This document shows positions 45,564-57,862 of a stretch of 64,000 nucleotides of DNA, one piece after another. Both the position numbers and the translations under genes were made by a program. The first letter of the stretch is position 1. Each line of letters opens with the position of its first letter. The stretch lies in the NCBI GenBank assembly GCA_013115145.1, contig JAAPAO010000055.1, positions 1 through 64,000 of the forward strand. The letters are read 5' to 3'. The DNA comes from Perkinsus chesapeaki ATCC PRA-425. Its lineage: Eukaryota; Protista; Perkinsozoa. A model generated the notes under the pieces. The model saw only the letters and a list, made by a program, of their open reading frames with translations. It was not told where the DNA came from and did not search any database.

Positions 45564-47076
45564 TAACGCTATAGCGCTTTCAGTGATGCTTATTTTTCCC
45601 TTTTAGTCTGGTAATGGCGTACCTTTTGCTTCTGCTGGTCGGGGCGGCCAGGCCTCATAGTCAGGAGCTGTTCGAGGCCGTCCCTGCGATGTCGAGTAAT
45701 GTGGCTTATGATGTTGGCCAAGAACAGCAGCAGTCATGGAGGCGGCGAGTGTTGCCTTATCCAGAGGGCAATGATAGAGAAGGAGGAGGGGATGGCTGGT
45801 GTGAACAAGGAGGCGGCAGTGCTCGCGATGAGTATGACGATTGGCCGCCCTATATGAGGTACTAATGGGAAGCCCTGGGCAGTAGTCTCTTTCAAGTGCC
45901 CTCTAAGAAAAATTTCATAAGTGTAGGGTTATAAGCTATCATTCGTACGACTACCTTTCACTTATCACCCTTCGCTTCACACTCATGTTACACGCGCCAT
46001 CGGCGCTATTACAATTCGGCTACTTTGGGATTCTTCTTTCGTCTTTGGTCTCACACACTGGCATCTCTTATCCCTCAGAGTTAGCGTCAGTCCTCGGTCA
46101 TCGGCCTCAACAGCGAGCTCTACCGCCGAGTCCGATATGAGCAGCGTTGGTAGCAGCGGTAGCGGTGAAGATGAGGAGGCAACAGTCAAGACTAGACGGC
46201 GGCCCCCACGGCAACAACACCTGAGCGCTGGAAGATCTCCGGCGACGATCGTCTCTATGAGGGGGCGACGGCGGGGACGAAATAGTCTGCCGAGAGGGAA
46301 AGTCTAGCAATGGTACAACATTTATTTGAAACTGTAAATTATATGCATCACCAATGACAGAGGACGATAACGAGGGATGTTCCTGTCAACAACAACAACA
46401 TCATCATCTTCCTCCTCCTCGTCTAGGATAATTGCAGCAGTAGTACCAGCAGCTGTTATCCTTGTATAAAGTACCAATCTTAAGTACTATTCCACCCACT
46501 TGCACCCACTGTATATAGTAGTGTTAGAGTTCAGTTGTTCTCAATGGTGAAGTCCCCAAGTATCTATTATAAAAACTTTTTGCTTGCTCTAAAGTCTCAT
46601 CATGTTTTAGGACAGTCCGCTTCTGCCAGAAGCCTTCTGGTGCATATCTTTTATTAAGAGGGGCTGTCCGATACAGAGTTCTTCCACCATTTGCAGTGCA
46701 TGTAGCTGCTGTATCAATGGCTATAATGTCTTTCATTTTCATTCAGCTTGTCGCACAGGGATATTAAGTATTAAAAGAAGGCACGCGTTTGAGGTTTCGT
46801 CTCTGACCATGCTTTCTGTCGAGCTTCCGATTGTTATAGCCTTAAACTTGGATTCCAAAGTCGAGGCTATAACACTAACTCCAAATTTCGGAAAACTTTC
46901 GCTTCCATCCGAAGCTGTATGAATGGGTAGCCTTCTGGATGACGAATGTCACCCTTCGATTTATTTTGCAGTATTCTTACATGTTTGTTTATTATTGTTT
47001 ATCCCTAGTAACGCCCGAGCCATCAGCGACTCAGCCAACTGTGATTGTCAAGCCCACCACCGGGCATGAGATAAAG

Positions 47077-49456
47077 ATGTTGAGCTTGGCTATTATGAGC
47101 GCTATGATGCTCAGTGGTGCGTACTGCATGATCCATATGCTTAAGATGGGCCAGCATCACCAGCAACAACACCACCAGCAGCAACAGCAGCAGGCTCGAG
47201 ATCATGTCCCCAGCACAGCAGTAGTAGTGACAAGAGGTGGGCCGGTGCAGTGCGATGGTCGAGGTCTTTAGGTACTCGGTCAGAACCTTGACGCAATGGC
47301 GTTAGCTGTGTGTTTCTTGTGTGGATGTCGACAACGGGTCCCTCGAGAGGAGTCAGCACTTGTTTATATCTGCTGCAGTTGCAGGACGCCCAACCCGGTG
47401 CCGTGGAGGAGCCCACCGGAGCGGGTTGTGTCAGAGATAAATAATAATCCAGGTGTAATGTTAACAGAAACGATTTGCCAGAGAGGGTCATTCAAGTTGA
47501 AGGACACTCTTTAGTACTCTCTAGTGTAGGCCGCAACCTCGGCCGCGATTCTGCTCTAACAGGATTAATTGTTAGCTTCGCGGCAGACTACGAAATTTGG
47601 AGTTTTTTTGAACGCGACGCTAGAGAGGAGACTTTGGTGTTTTCTCGAGGAATATTAATTGAAAAATTGTGTACAAGATAGTCTGCTACTGTGTCGGTCT
47701 GACGTAGGTGACTGTCCTTTCAACTCTACCAGGTACCATTCTCTCTCGTGGAGCAGACAGGTCCTCTCATGGAGTACGAGTTCACTCGTGCTAACAACAC
47801 ATTTTTCCGAGTCAGCGGTGAGAGGGAACACCGTGACGATGAGAAGAGCTCCTCCGAAGTACAGCCGCCTTCCTCTTTGTTGTCACTGACAGAATGCCTC
47901 AGGGCACCTGCTCCATGGACCCCATACTTATTGGACGGTCATCGTCTTCAAGCCCGAGACGACTCTCTCTGAATGACCTGCCAGCCTGCACTATCTGCAT
48001 GGTGGGATGTGCCCACTGGCCTCGTACCTCGCCGCTCGTTTTTTCGTCCCTCATCGTACGCGTCTCGGAGTACTAAATATGTTAATATTCAAGTAGTTTA
48101 GTATCAATGTGCAAAGTAATTCATGTAGGATACCACGGGGAAGATTCACTCACGGGTAGCAGATTATTGGTAGTGTTTAAATTCATCGGGTTGAAAAGGT
48201 GACTGGAAATTGCTGCGTCTCCGATTTCTTCAAGAATTTGAAATTCTGAATTTCATGAGGGCTACAAACGATGTTCTTTTCTACAGTTTTCGAGTTGAAG
48301 ATTCCAACCTCCATGTGCTTTTCAACTTGGCACGGCCAAGATGAGGAAAGGTGCGGCATAAGACGGTCTTATTGAGACCGTACTTTGTTCGACCCCTGGC
48401 TTTAGTGGCAATCGCTTTTAGTCATAGACTATAACTTGTCTTAGTTAGCTTGACCGTGGAGGCCTTGACAGTAAACACATTGTTGGCGACGCGGATGTCG
48501 TCGAACAAGTATAAACTTTGCTCTACTGCATATTCTAATCTACGCATCGATTTCCCCCTTGAATATTTCAGCCTCAGTTTCCTTGTTCCCTTTTCTGGTC
48601 TCGGGCCCTCCTCCTGACAAGTCAGCTTTACCGCGGCCAGATTCTGGTGACCAGGAGCGGATTCTTCAAGTTATCCTTCGAGTTCAAGGTTCATTCCTTT
48701 GCTTCAAGAAAGCTTTTTGATAGGACCATCCTCAATGTTATCCTCGTCCGGCAAGGACTCGGCGCAAACTGTCATCGCTAGTAGCGATTCGCTACGATCG
48801 CTACAGTACATCGTACTCGGTAGTACCGACTCGGTACCGGAAGCTGCGAACTCAGTTCACAGCCTGTGTATGTGCAGCGCTCGAATTCGCCACTGTTCGG
48901 CGAACTGCACAATTCGAAGCTCGAATTGTTTCAAAGTTTTAACTTTTTTCCTCGAATCTTCAACTGCAACTTATCAAATCATTTGATTCGCGGGCCGCGA
49001 CTCGCCGCACCATTTCCGGATGTCTTCAGAACGGGGTGCATTGATTTACTGTTTTTGGGAACGGTGCTCGCCCAAGATGTAATCCGATCTCTTCTGCTCA
49101 TCGACTGGCGCAAATAGACGTTCTTAACGTCGAATAGTTCAGCGCGAACTTTCGCATCGCTCTCTGTTTAGGATTCCCGAGGAGACTCTGTCATTCTCCC
49201 ATGTGCGCACGGTGGTCTCTGTCTTGAATGCGTTACGGCCATAAGGCGGTCAGGCAAGAGCTGTCGCTAATACTCTTGCATAGTGGATTCTGTCGCAGCA
49301 CATCCCTTCTGTCCTCAATGCCGACAGCCAATAGCAAGGACAGTTCAGTTGGAGGAGATAAGCAACCAAGTTGCTAAGTGAGACTTACAGTTGATTTCCC
49401 ACGGTAGCGCGGCCAATGCTCAATTCTATGGCGTTCATTCGTCGTTGAACTCGTAA
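47077..49456 (+). CDS. Membrane-anchored C3HC4 RING-finger protein (spliced)
   Basis: N-terminal hydrophobic segment, polyQ, CxxC...CxxC motif. The RING assembles across introns: CTICM|DSRGDSVILPCAHGGLCLECVTAIRRS|AHPFCPQCRQPI. Ends are approximate. Confidence 0.75.
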
Positions 49457-52339
49457 CGAGTTCGACATTCCAAGGCAACCTAGCTGCTCCTCAGCCGTAT
49501 GATGATCACACCGTACTCCGAGTTTCTCCGAATTTCTCGAGGAAGTCTTCTCGTCACGAGAATCTCGTGCGGTCAAACCAATTCTACACTTGCGTGGTTT
49601 TCCTTTTATCTTTTGTATTTGTCTCTAGTTGACGTCTTTTATCTTTTTCTTTTAACATGTCTTGTCGATATTGTATATTTCATCTTTTCAAAATACAAAA
49701 GATTCTTTTGTATTTTGTTAGAGGCATCGAGATCCGAGTACCTCCCCCGAATTGATCGTGAATGAAGCCTCCTTTCCCATGGAGCGTTGTTACTACCGTC
49801 ATGTATCATTGCTTCGTTGTTAGCTATCAAGGGCCGACTTGAGTTCACTAGGAACCGAAAGAAGCGAAGAGTTTCTTGGCAGATTTATATCTTCTGTATC
49901 GCATGTTTGGTAAAAAGGACGATTCTTCCCACAGCAGCGCCGGCTCATCCTCGAACAAGAAACAATCTGTGAGCAGTATGGCTACAGCCTCCGATGCAGC
50001 CCCACTTACTAGGCTGTATGACCTTCAAAAGAGAAGACAGAAGGCCAGGTAATAGCGGGCACGTGTACTCCTATGATTCTAACTTACAACGAAAGGGCTA
50101 CAACTTGCAACAACGATACTGTTTTACCTTAATGTTTGCGGCAAACATTGATGGCAGCCATCAATACAAGTCATAGTTGCTCTATGACTTTTGAATTTGC
50201 TTTTTGTTCAAGGCACCAGGGACCCTAGTGACTTCCTGTTAAGGGGCCTGGTCGGAACCTTACGGTATGACGTTTCATCTCATGGCTTCGCAGTCTTCAT
50301 ACAATTACCAGCTCTATTGCTTTTTATGTATTTCTGTTCAGAGATACCCGCCGTATGGTTGCCGCTGCCTCGAACTATCCACCCAGCACCCTTTCACGCT
50401 ATTATACCGCCAGCGAGTACGGCATTGTTGGCTACAATAACACCAGTATGGCTAGCTTTCCTCCAGGGGCTACATCTGTTAGATCTATGGGCACTTCACG
50501 TTCTTGCTATGCACCTGTAAGGGTCTAAGCCGTTGGTAACTGATTCGTTCCACAGGTTCTTACCCCAAGCCCTGCCTCTAGATCGGGAATGCCGAGCATG
50601 TAGGTGTAGGGAGGGGTCTAGTAGCGGCAGAGTGGCATAGCGTAACTGTACGATAATCACGGTTACCTCAAGCACTCATCAACGCAAGCAGTCGCGTTGT
50701 GTGCGCACACGTCGGCATAATCATTTTTCGCACGATGAGTATGCTCAATTTGACGACGATCTTGGATTCCTATGTTGACTTTATCTAATCGGTCTGTCCA
50801 GTAGTACCTTGCGTACACTATACATACCCTGCCATCTACCTTATTAGAGCGGATAACCTCGCTTCTCCGTACTATCGATAGTGTGGCCTTGAAAGAGATG
50901 TTTTCTTTTACGTAGTTCCGCGACATCCCTTATTAAGGTACCCCCAGTCACCGCCCTATAACCAAGACTTCTCTGGTCCAGTGATGCTACCAAGAGTTGG
51001 TGTACCACTCCCACCGCGTGAGATAGCCAGTGGATACTACTATGGGCCGTCAGAGGTAGGTCCTGTTTTCGCACAGCGTGGTGTGAATTTAACAAAAACT
51101 TTGAACGTTAAACCATTCCCCGAGGAGCCAGTCGTTGCTGGTAGTGTTAGGCATATGACCGAGTGCAGTCTCGATCCTACTCGCGTATTTTCATTAGTTC
51201 TGCAATACGCTAACTTTGTTTTTCAAATATTATGCTCTATTTTCCTGTCTGAGGATTATTCAGACGAGAGCTAAATTCCACTTGGCTTACAGTTTTTGCT
51301 GTTTGTTCAGGAATTGGCAGCCCCTCCACCTCCGCCACACATGAAGACCTCGTACTCTTGTCCGAGGCCAGCAGCTGTGCCTGCCGTCGACTTAGGACTG
51401 TCGATGGCAGCTGAGGAAGTTTTCGAAGAAGAGCCGGAGCCGAGCCGTGTTAGGCTTAGTGTTACCCACGAGTGTTCGGCTACTAGATCCTGGTGAAGTC
51501 TGCCGTCGTGATTGACTTTATGTATTATATTTTATTACTGAACTCATTGCATAGATTTTGCAACAATCACATCATCAAAGACCAGTTCTGTCGTCTCGTC
51601 CCCCCCCGTTGTCTCTACGTACACCATAAGACAATAGTAGTCTGGCAATAATAATAATATCCTAAATTGTTCCTCTAATGCATGTGTATTATGATGATGA
51701 CATCAACTGCGGCGGTGGCAGCCTCTGATGACATCTCACAAGCCGATGACTGGCCGCGTTTGCCCCCCCATCAAAAGTTGCTGCATTTCCTCCATTACAT
51801 ACTCGGGATATCATTTTTCTCACTCGGACTACTGATACCGCTGCTATCTGAGGTGCCGTCGTTGAATACTAGGCCCCCCTTAGTTAATCACAATAGTCTC
51901 TCCGTATGATGTGGCTTTGTTGTCTTTGTTCAATTAAAAAGTTCCGGTTCCAGGCTGATGGCGTCACCTGGTATCGGTTTACGTTACACATTAGCACTTT
52001 AACTCGGACGCGCTATTGTTGTCGATGAAGAGCTCTACTGGTTGAGCTGCTTTACCTGTCCTCGGGTGAATATGCAGCAATAGGGAATCCGAAGTAGCCG
52101 TTGATCTGGCTGCTGCTGCAGTGACGATGAGAATTAATAACGAAGTTCCTGCTTTGCGCAAGGTGTCTGTCCCCATCCTGTAAAGTGGTTCACGCACAGC
52201 AGAATAGAGAAATGTTTGTGCAGCTTTTTGATGGTAGATTCTCCCGCAGGGTCCCATGTGCCTGCCGATCCATTAGCTCGTTCTCCGTGAGAAACTGTGG
52301 AATATAGTGCGGTGCTAGGACTGCCTCAGGTACAGTAAA

Positions 52340-54471
52340 ATGCTATACAGGGGCACAGTGCTGCCTAATAAGGAATGGGCAGAGACCAAGGCATTGCGAA
52401 TTATTTCGCGCTCCATCGACCAGAACTATGCACCACAGTCGGACAGGAATGCAGCAAAAAAGGAGTCGGAACAGATTTGGCCACCGGTAAGCTACACTGG
52501 CCTTCGATTGTACTTTTTGCCTCTTCGGTGTAGATTATTTGCAGGTTGTCGGGCTGCCATCTTCATTCGACCCCTCCTTCGGTCGGGCTGTACCCCCTTG
52601 TCCGACGCTGGATGACGCCTTCAGACAATGCACTTTACCATTCGACTTAGTGAGCCTTACTGTACCTGGATTCACTATCGTGATGACTCTCGCCATTGAC
52701 TTGCACATGTTACCTATAGAATGTGCCGTGCTTTTCGAGTAGCCTCATCGGGCAGCGTACGTACAGCGATGGGACATGGAAATGTCACCTGCCCGCAACT
52801 TCGTTACTGTTCGCCTTGCTGTTGGCGCTCTAGACGGCCATGTTGTTTATCGGAGCAAGATCCGGGCAATAGTTCGAACAATGATTCCGTTCGCGGCTTC
52901 CGGCAGTCGGGCCTCCTCCTATTAGGTTCCTCCTGCTAGCAAAGTACATCGTAGTGTCTCAGGTTGGGGTACTTGATTCACTCCCTCAGCCAGTTTTGAA
53001 GCTAGATCTCAGTGGTGGGCATCCAACGCTAACAAGCTCCTGCTTTGACGGACTAGCTCAGAAGCTGCCAGTCGCGCTGACAAGCCTCCAAGAAGCGAAT
53101 CTTGCGTACGCTGCAATGATAAGATTTACCGATACTCGGCTCGGCTTAGATCCACCTTCTACACTTCATCCTTTCTCACAGCTTTGTTGACCGCAAGCCG
53201 GTTTTCACTGAACAATTTAATACTGGAAAACGGCCGTGTTCCAGGCGCTGTGGATGGAGCGATTGATGCACTGGAGCAAGCGACCTCGATCAAGTAGATC
53301 TCACATGGCGCCCATCTTACTCCTCCTTGGCAAGTAGGCACCTGAACCTTCGGTCGCTAAAGGGTCTCTCTCCCACCACCGTAGCATCCCTTGGTGCACT
53401 GGAGCTGCTGGAATCTCTAGACTTGGGGCACAACTCTGAGGCAGTGACAGACGCCTCGATCAGGGTCATTGCTCAGGGAGTGAGGAGGCTTAGGAAAATA
53501 AACCTTACATGGCAAGTCCGGCGCCGCAATCCACATTGTCGTATCCGTCTCAAGTATCCTGAGCACGGCCCTCGCGAGTCTGTGTCGTATCACGGAAGGG
53601 CCTAGATACCTTGCGGTCACTTCCGACATTAGTGAACTTAGTCCGTCGGCAAGCGATTTTACCGCAGCTGGCCTGAAGGACCTTTGCTCCGATCAACCCC
53701 AGCTGGAAGTCCTCAACGTTTCTCACGCAGCGGGATTAACGAACGAAGTAAACCCAGTGGAACGCACATCAGCGAAATCCTTGCCAGGGGGACGTGTCCG
53801 CGGCACTCGCACTGTGCGAGGCGCTTGAGTCGCTTGACATCAGTTCTTGTCCAGCCCTTAGTGACGCAACACTGATATCTTTGCGGAGGTAATCGATGCT
53901 CTGTCTTGGCGACCTCGGGCATCACGTGCCTGGCCGATGCGGGACCGTGTCCATCTGCCAGGAACTCCTTGGAGGCTCTCAGCATCCGGGATGCTCCAGA
54001 AGGGGTGACATTGACGGGTCTCATCAAGGTGCTCCAAGGTTCACCCGAGCTGCTCTTCCTGGATCTCAATGGCTGCGCATGCCTGAAGTCCAGGGAGGCG
54101 GTGGTCGAATTGCTGACTCAACCCTGTATAGGAGAATTGAAAGAGTGAGCGGCGGCGGGCCACTGTGATGAACTGTTGTCTATCTGCCCTATCACCTGTA
54201 TAGCGGCATGCGCTCAGGTTGATACTGTCACGGCCAGCAGATCTCCCGGCCTCGGAAGCGGCAAAGTTAGAGAAGTCGCTTCCACATGGGCGGGTCTACT
54301 GGACCGAAAGCCATTTGCGTGAGGCGCCCAACTTCGAAATGGTGGGCTTACTCGGGCTCACTTTACCGAGCCTCCCCTGGGTGTCAGGTTTGCCCGTTGA
54401 GTGGAGGAACTAAGAAAAAGGGGAAGGCGAAGAAAAAGGGCACTAAAGGTGGCAAAAAGAAGAAGAAATGA
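52340..54471 (+). CDS. Leucine-rich repeat (FBXL/AMN1-type LRR) protein with polybasic C-terminus
   Basis: LESLDLGHNSEAVTDASIRVIA, LEVLNVSH, LESLDISSCPALSDATL, LLFLDLNGC; ends KKKGKAKKKGTKGGKKKKK*. Confidence 0.75.
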
Positions 54472-54498
54472 CATGCTACCTTGTCGCTCCACAAGTCC

Positions 54499-56421
54499 AT
54501 GGGGGTTGAGTTGGGCGGGCCTAGATTCGTTCCTCCTTCCCAAGCTCGAATGCCCGCCGTCCCTCTCCTGTACGCTCAAAGCATCCTCGAGCTCCAGCCT
54601 TACCAGCTTGTTGGCCTCTGTAAGACCGCCGCGGCTGCCTCTATCCGGGACCCGAGATTTTGGCAGATGGTTCGACATCGTTTGGGTGCCTGGAGTAAGG
54701 AATCGGCATTCTGACGTTCTCAAAGTTTCATCGAGCCTCATTGCCCAGGTCCATACACATTAACGCCGAATCAGCTGGCAAGCATTTTAGCGAGTATCAT
54801 CCATGTGGCCATTCCAAACCGGTCAGTGCGGCGTCTGCCAGCTAAGGAGGCATCAGCTTCCCTTCGCGACCCGATGCGATTGGAGCACATAGCGGCCGAC
54901 TTCGCCGAGACAGCGTGTCAATTAGTAGAAGCCTGCGTTATATCTACATCACCCTCCAGGCCAGCGTTGCTGTCCTTGGCTAACTCTCTAGTTGCTCTCG
55001 GGGCGGACACGCGAAGTCCGGGTACCCGGTATGTTTTATTGAACATCCTCGCCGGTGCGAGCTCGCTGAGTCCTGCGGATATATGTCGGCTTCTTCCGAT
55101 GCTGAAATCGGCGGGGCTGTCACTGCCCGAGGAGATGCTTCAGCGACTCCTGTTGACAGAAGGGCAATGCTTGAGCATGGATGAGATCTCTGTGGCGTAC
55201 GAAGCGACGGTCGAGCAGGAGATAGGCAAATGGTTGGAGGAAAAAGATTCGCAGGAGTGGACACCAGAAGTCATCCTTCGGGTGGCTCGGTGTTGCGGCA
55301 GCGCACGGCTGGCTAATAAAGTTGCCAAAGCATGCTTGGACAACCGAAAGGTGGTTTACTTCGGTCCTGATGGTGCTGATCTTGAAGGCTTTATGAGCGG
55401 CGCTATGCACGGTTGCGATATCAAACAGGAGCTTCACATAGGTCAGCGGTAGCGGTTTTCGTATCCCGGTCTGCGGTAGCGTACTTTTTTCAGAGCTCTG
55501 TTCCTGGCTCAGCCCTCTTGTTGCCCGACAGTTGGATGCGTTCCAGCATCCCTGTATTGTATTGAGGGGAATGAGACCCTCGAAGTGTTCACGATTTGAA
55601 GGCAGATGGGCGCACGAGATAAGCAATGTAGGTTGATAGCTCCCTTGGTGCTATTCGCTCCATCGGTCCACTGGACCGGGTCCAGTGTGGTGCTGTACTG
55701 TTCTGCCGATTCACAGCTCGAGTCAACAAGAGGCTTGATTTGGGTTTCTGGAATTCGCTTCTGACTCTCTGAGGGACTTGACAGTAGTCTCCGACCACCC
55801 TCATTCCAGGGCCTTCTGGAAAGTGTAGCGCGACTTCTTGATCCCGAGCGAACTAACAAACCGGCTGCTGTAGAAGTATTGGAGCTCGCAGTAGCAGCCG
55901 CGGAGGCCCTAGGCTTAGCCAGGAATCACGAGGTGACCTCATGGAGAACGCTTTAGCGATAGCGTGCCTTAGATCACACTAAGTTCAACGGCAGCAGCAA
56001 TTCTCGACCCAGTGTCCACGGCAGCCCGAGACAGCGTATGGGAGATTCCGATGGACAGACTGCCTGAGTTGCTGTTAGCTGTGTTCTCGTTAGATCTCGA
56101 GGGCGGTGAGGGTCACGCTCTATCTTATCAAGTAAGTCGTTCTGTAGTGCGGCGTTCAGCTATTATCCTGCCCTTCAGGTGAGTTCAGTATTTTTACGAG
56201 CGTGTGAGAGGTGGCTTATGATTCTCAAGCAGAAGAAGACTCTCGCGCTGGAGGAGGCTGATCTGCTCACTGAATTTTTGGAAGTAGGGCGTGTCGGTAG
56301 TCTAGGGTACAACTAGGTACCATTTCAGGTGCTTGATGAAGTCGGTTACACCTACGAGGAGTTGACCGAAGCCGCCAAGGTGATTGAAGATGATGATGCC
56401 GAGAAGGCATCGCATGATTGA
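54499..56421 (+). CDS. Hypothetical alpha-helical repeat protein (spliced)
   Basis: Open frames ELQPYQLVGLCKTAAAASIRDPRFWQMV and 54805-55452; last exon VLDEVGYTYEELTEAAK..HD*. It loosely resembles RAP/FAST-type helical repeats (inference only). Confidence 0.4.
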
Positions 56422-56527
56422 GTGTTTCAGACGAATCACGTTTCAATTCACTTTGTGTGTTTTGGGTTTATAAGCAGTCTTAACTAACACGAACACAGTA
56501 CAGCATACGTACGTTCCACGCCATGCG

Positions 56528-57634
56528 TTAGTCTATTTGGACGATTGGTCGTCGAGGGACCACTGGGGCAAAGAGAACATCTCTCCAGTCGAATCTCCAG
56601 TGCTCATTGCCGCCCTTCAAACGGAGCCCTACCGGCACCTTCCAACTGAGAGATCGTTCCTCTGCATCGATGATGCCTAAAATCTCCGGCAGCCTCCGAG
56701 CAAGTGCCTCTGGGTTGGTCAGACAGATATCTCGCATAGTACCGATGGAGGAGAAGGAAGGCACCTGCTTTAATAACAAGGAAGAACCCACAGTGCTATC
56801 GGTGGCCATGAGAGTGGACTTCACCCGTTGAGTTTTGCCCAGCGCAATGAACGCCGGCAAGTACCGCTGATCTGTCTGCAACACTTTCACAATTAAAGGA
56901 AGCGAAAATGCTTCCGCAGCATTTAGCAGTATTTTTGGTTTGCCCGTGTCGTTCCATTCAGAAAGTCCTTGTACGTAAGTCTCGCAGTAGTGCTCGGCTT
57001 CCACAACACTGCTCTCCGCGAAGCCATCTAAACTGTTCTTCGTCTCTGAAACTCGCTGGCCGCCAAACAGGATTCTTGAACCAGGATTGATGTAGCGTTG
57101 CAAATGGGATATGAAGTCACCAATGACATCTGTACCATGGCCAAGATGCACAATGAAGTCGACTCCACCGCGATCAGCTGGTCCATCGCGAAGGTCCATG
57201 GCCCTGGCGAGTTGGATGCTACTAATATTGAGTGGCCACGCGTGCAGTATGATATGTTGATGTACCGGTGTGGCTCCGTCATAGTAATGCATGGCATAGT
57301 CGAAGTGAGCTGCCGCCTTGTCGAAATCACCGATGCTCGCCATGTCGAGAGCGATGAGAGCATGCGACATCACCAGCGTTGCGGGGCACTCCTCTTCGAA
57401 CTGCGTTTTGAATTGTGGATTGAGCTTAGCAACGAAGTAGGCCTCCAGCAACGGCGGTCGAGGCGTTTGTTCCGTGAAAAAGGACCAAAGTTTCATCTGG
57501 TAATGAGAGACACTGAACAGGTTTATATGGAGGTTGCCTGATGGGTCGTGCCATGAGAACTCGTATTCGCTGAAGCACTGGAACGCCGTCACCGCGGCGG
57601 TATGTACCGCAAACCAAACGAAAGCGGACAACAT
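56528..57634 (-). CDS. Intronless hypothetical protein with signal-peptide-like N-terminus
   Basis: Long uninterrupted ORF (444 aa from the furthest start); likely start MLSAFVWFAVHTAAVTA at 57634. No family recognised. Confidence 0.65.
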   Translation of the reverse strand: MLSAFVWFAVHTAAVTAFQCFSEYEFSWHDPSGNLHINLFSVSHYQMKLWSFFTEQTPRPPLLEAYFVAKLNPQFKTQFEEECPATLVMSHALIALDMASIGDFDKAAAHFDYAMHYYDGATPVHQHIILHAWPLNISSIQLARAMDLRDGPADRGGVDFIVHLGHGTDVIGDFISHLQRYINPGSRILFGGQRVSETKNSLDGFAESSVVEAEHYCETYVQGLSEWNDTGKPKILLNAAEAFSLPLIVKVLQTDQRYLPAFIALGKTQRVKSTLMATDSTVGSSLLLKQVPSFSSIGTMRDICLTNPEALARRLPEILGIIDAEERSLSWKVPVGLRLKGGNEHWRFDWRDVLFAPVVPRRPIVQID

Positions 57635-57862
57635 CCAGTAAGCAACTGACAGGCCGATCGTCTCGGTCTTTACTTTTAACGCAACGCACCAGCGGTATTT
57701 GACTACTATACGGCGATTGGTACATGATAGACGATGGCACATGGTGCTGCTCAGGTGTTCAATCATGAAGTTGCTACGGACACAACTTGCCGCAAATATC
57801 GCTAAACGATAGTGAGCAAATTTTACACTAACAACTGTTCCGCGCAAGAGGCGGATAATCAA

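Noticed and set aside
48440-48520. CVYCQGLH as a BEL/Pao Gag zinc knuckle
   Set aside because: The final Cys is missing, there is an in-frame stop nearby, and an alternative frame is equally open.
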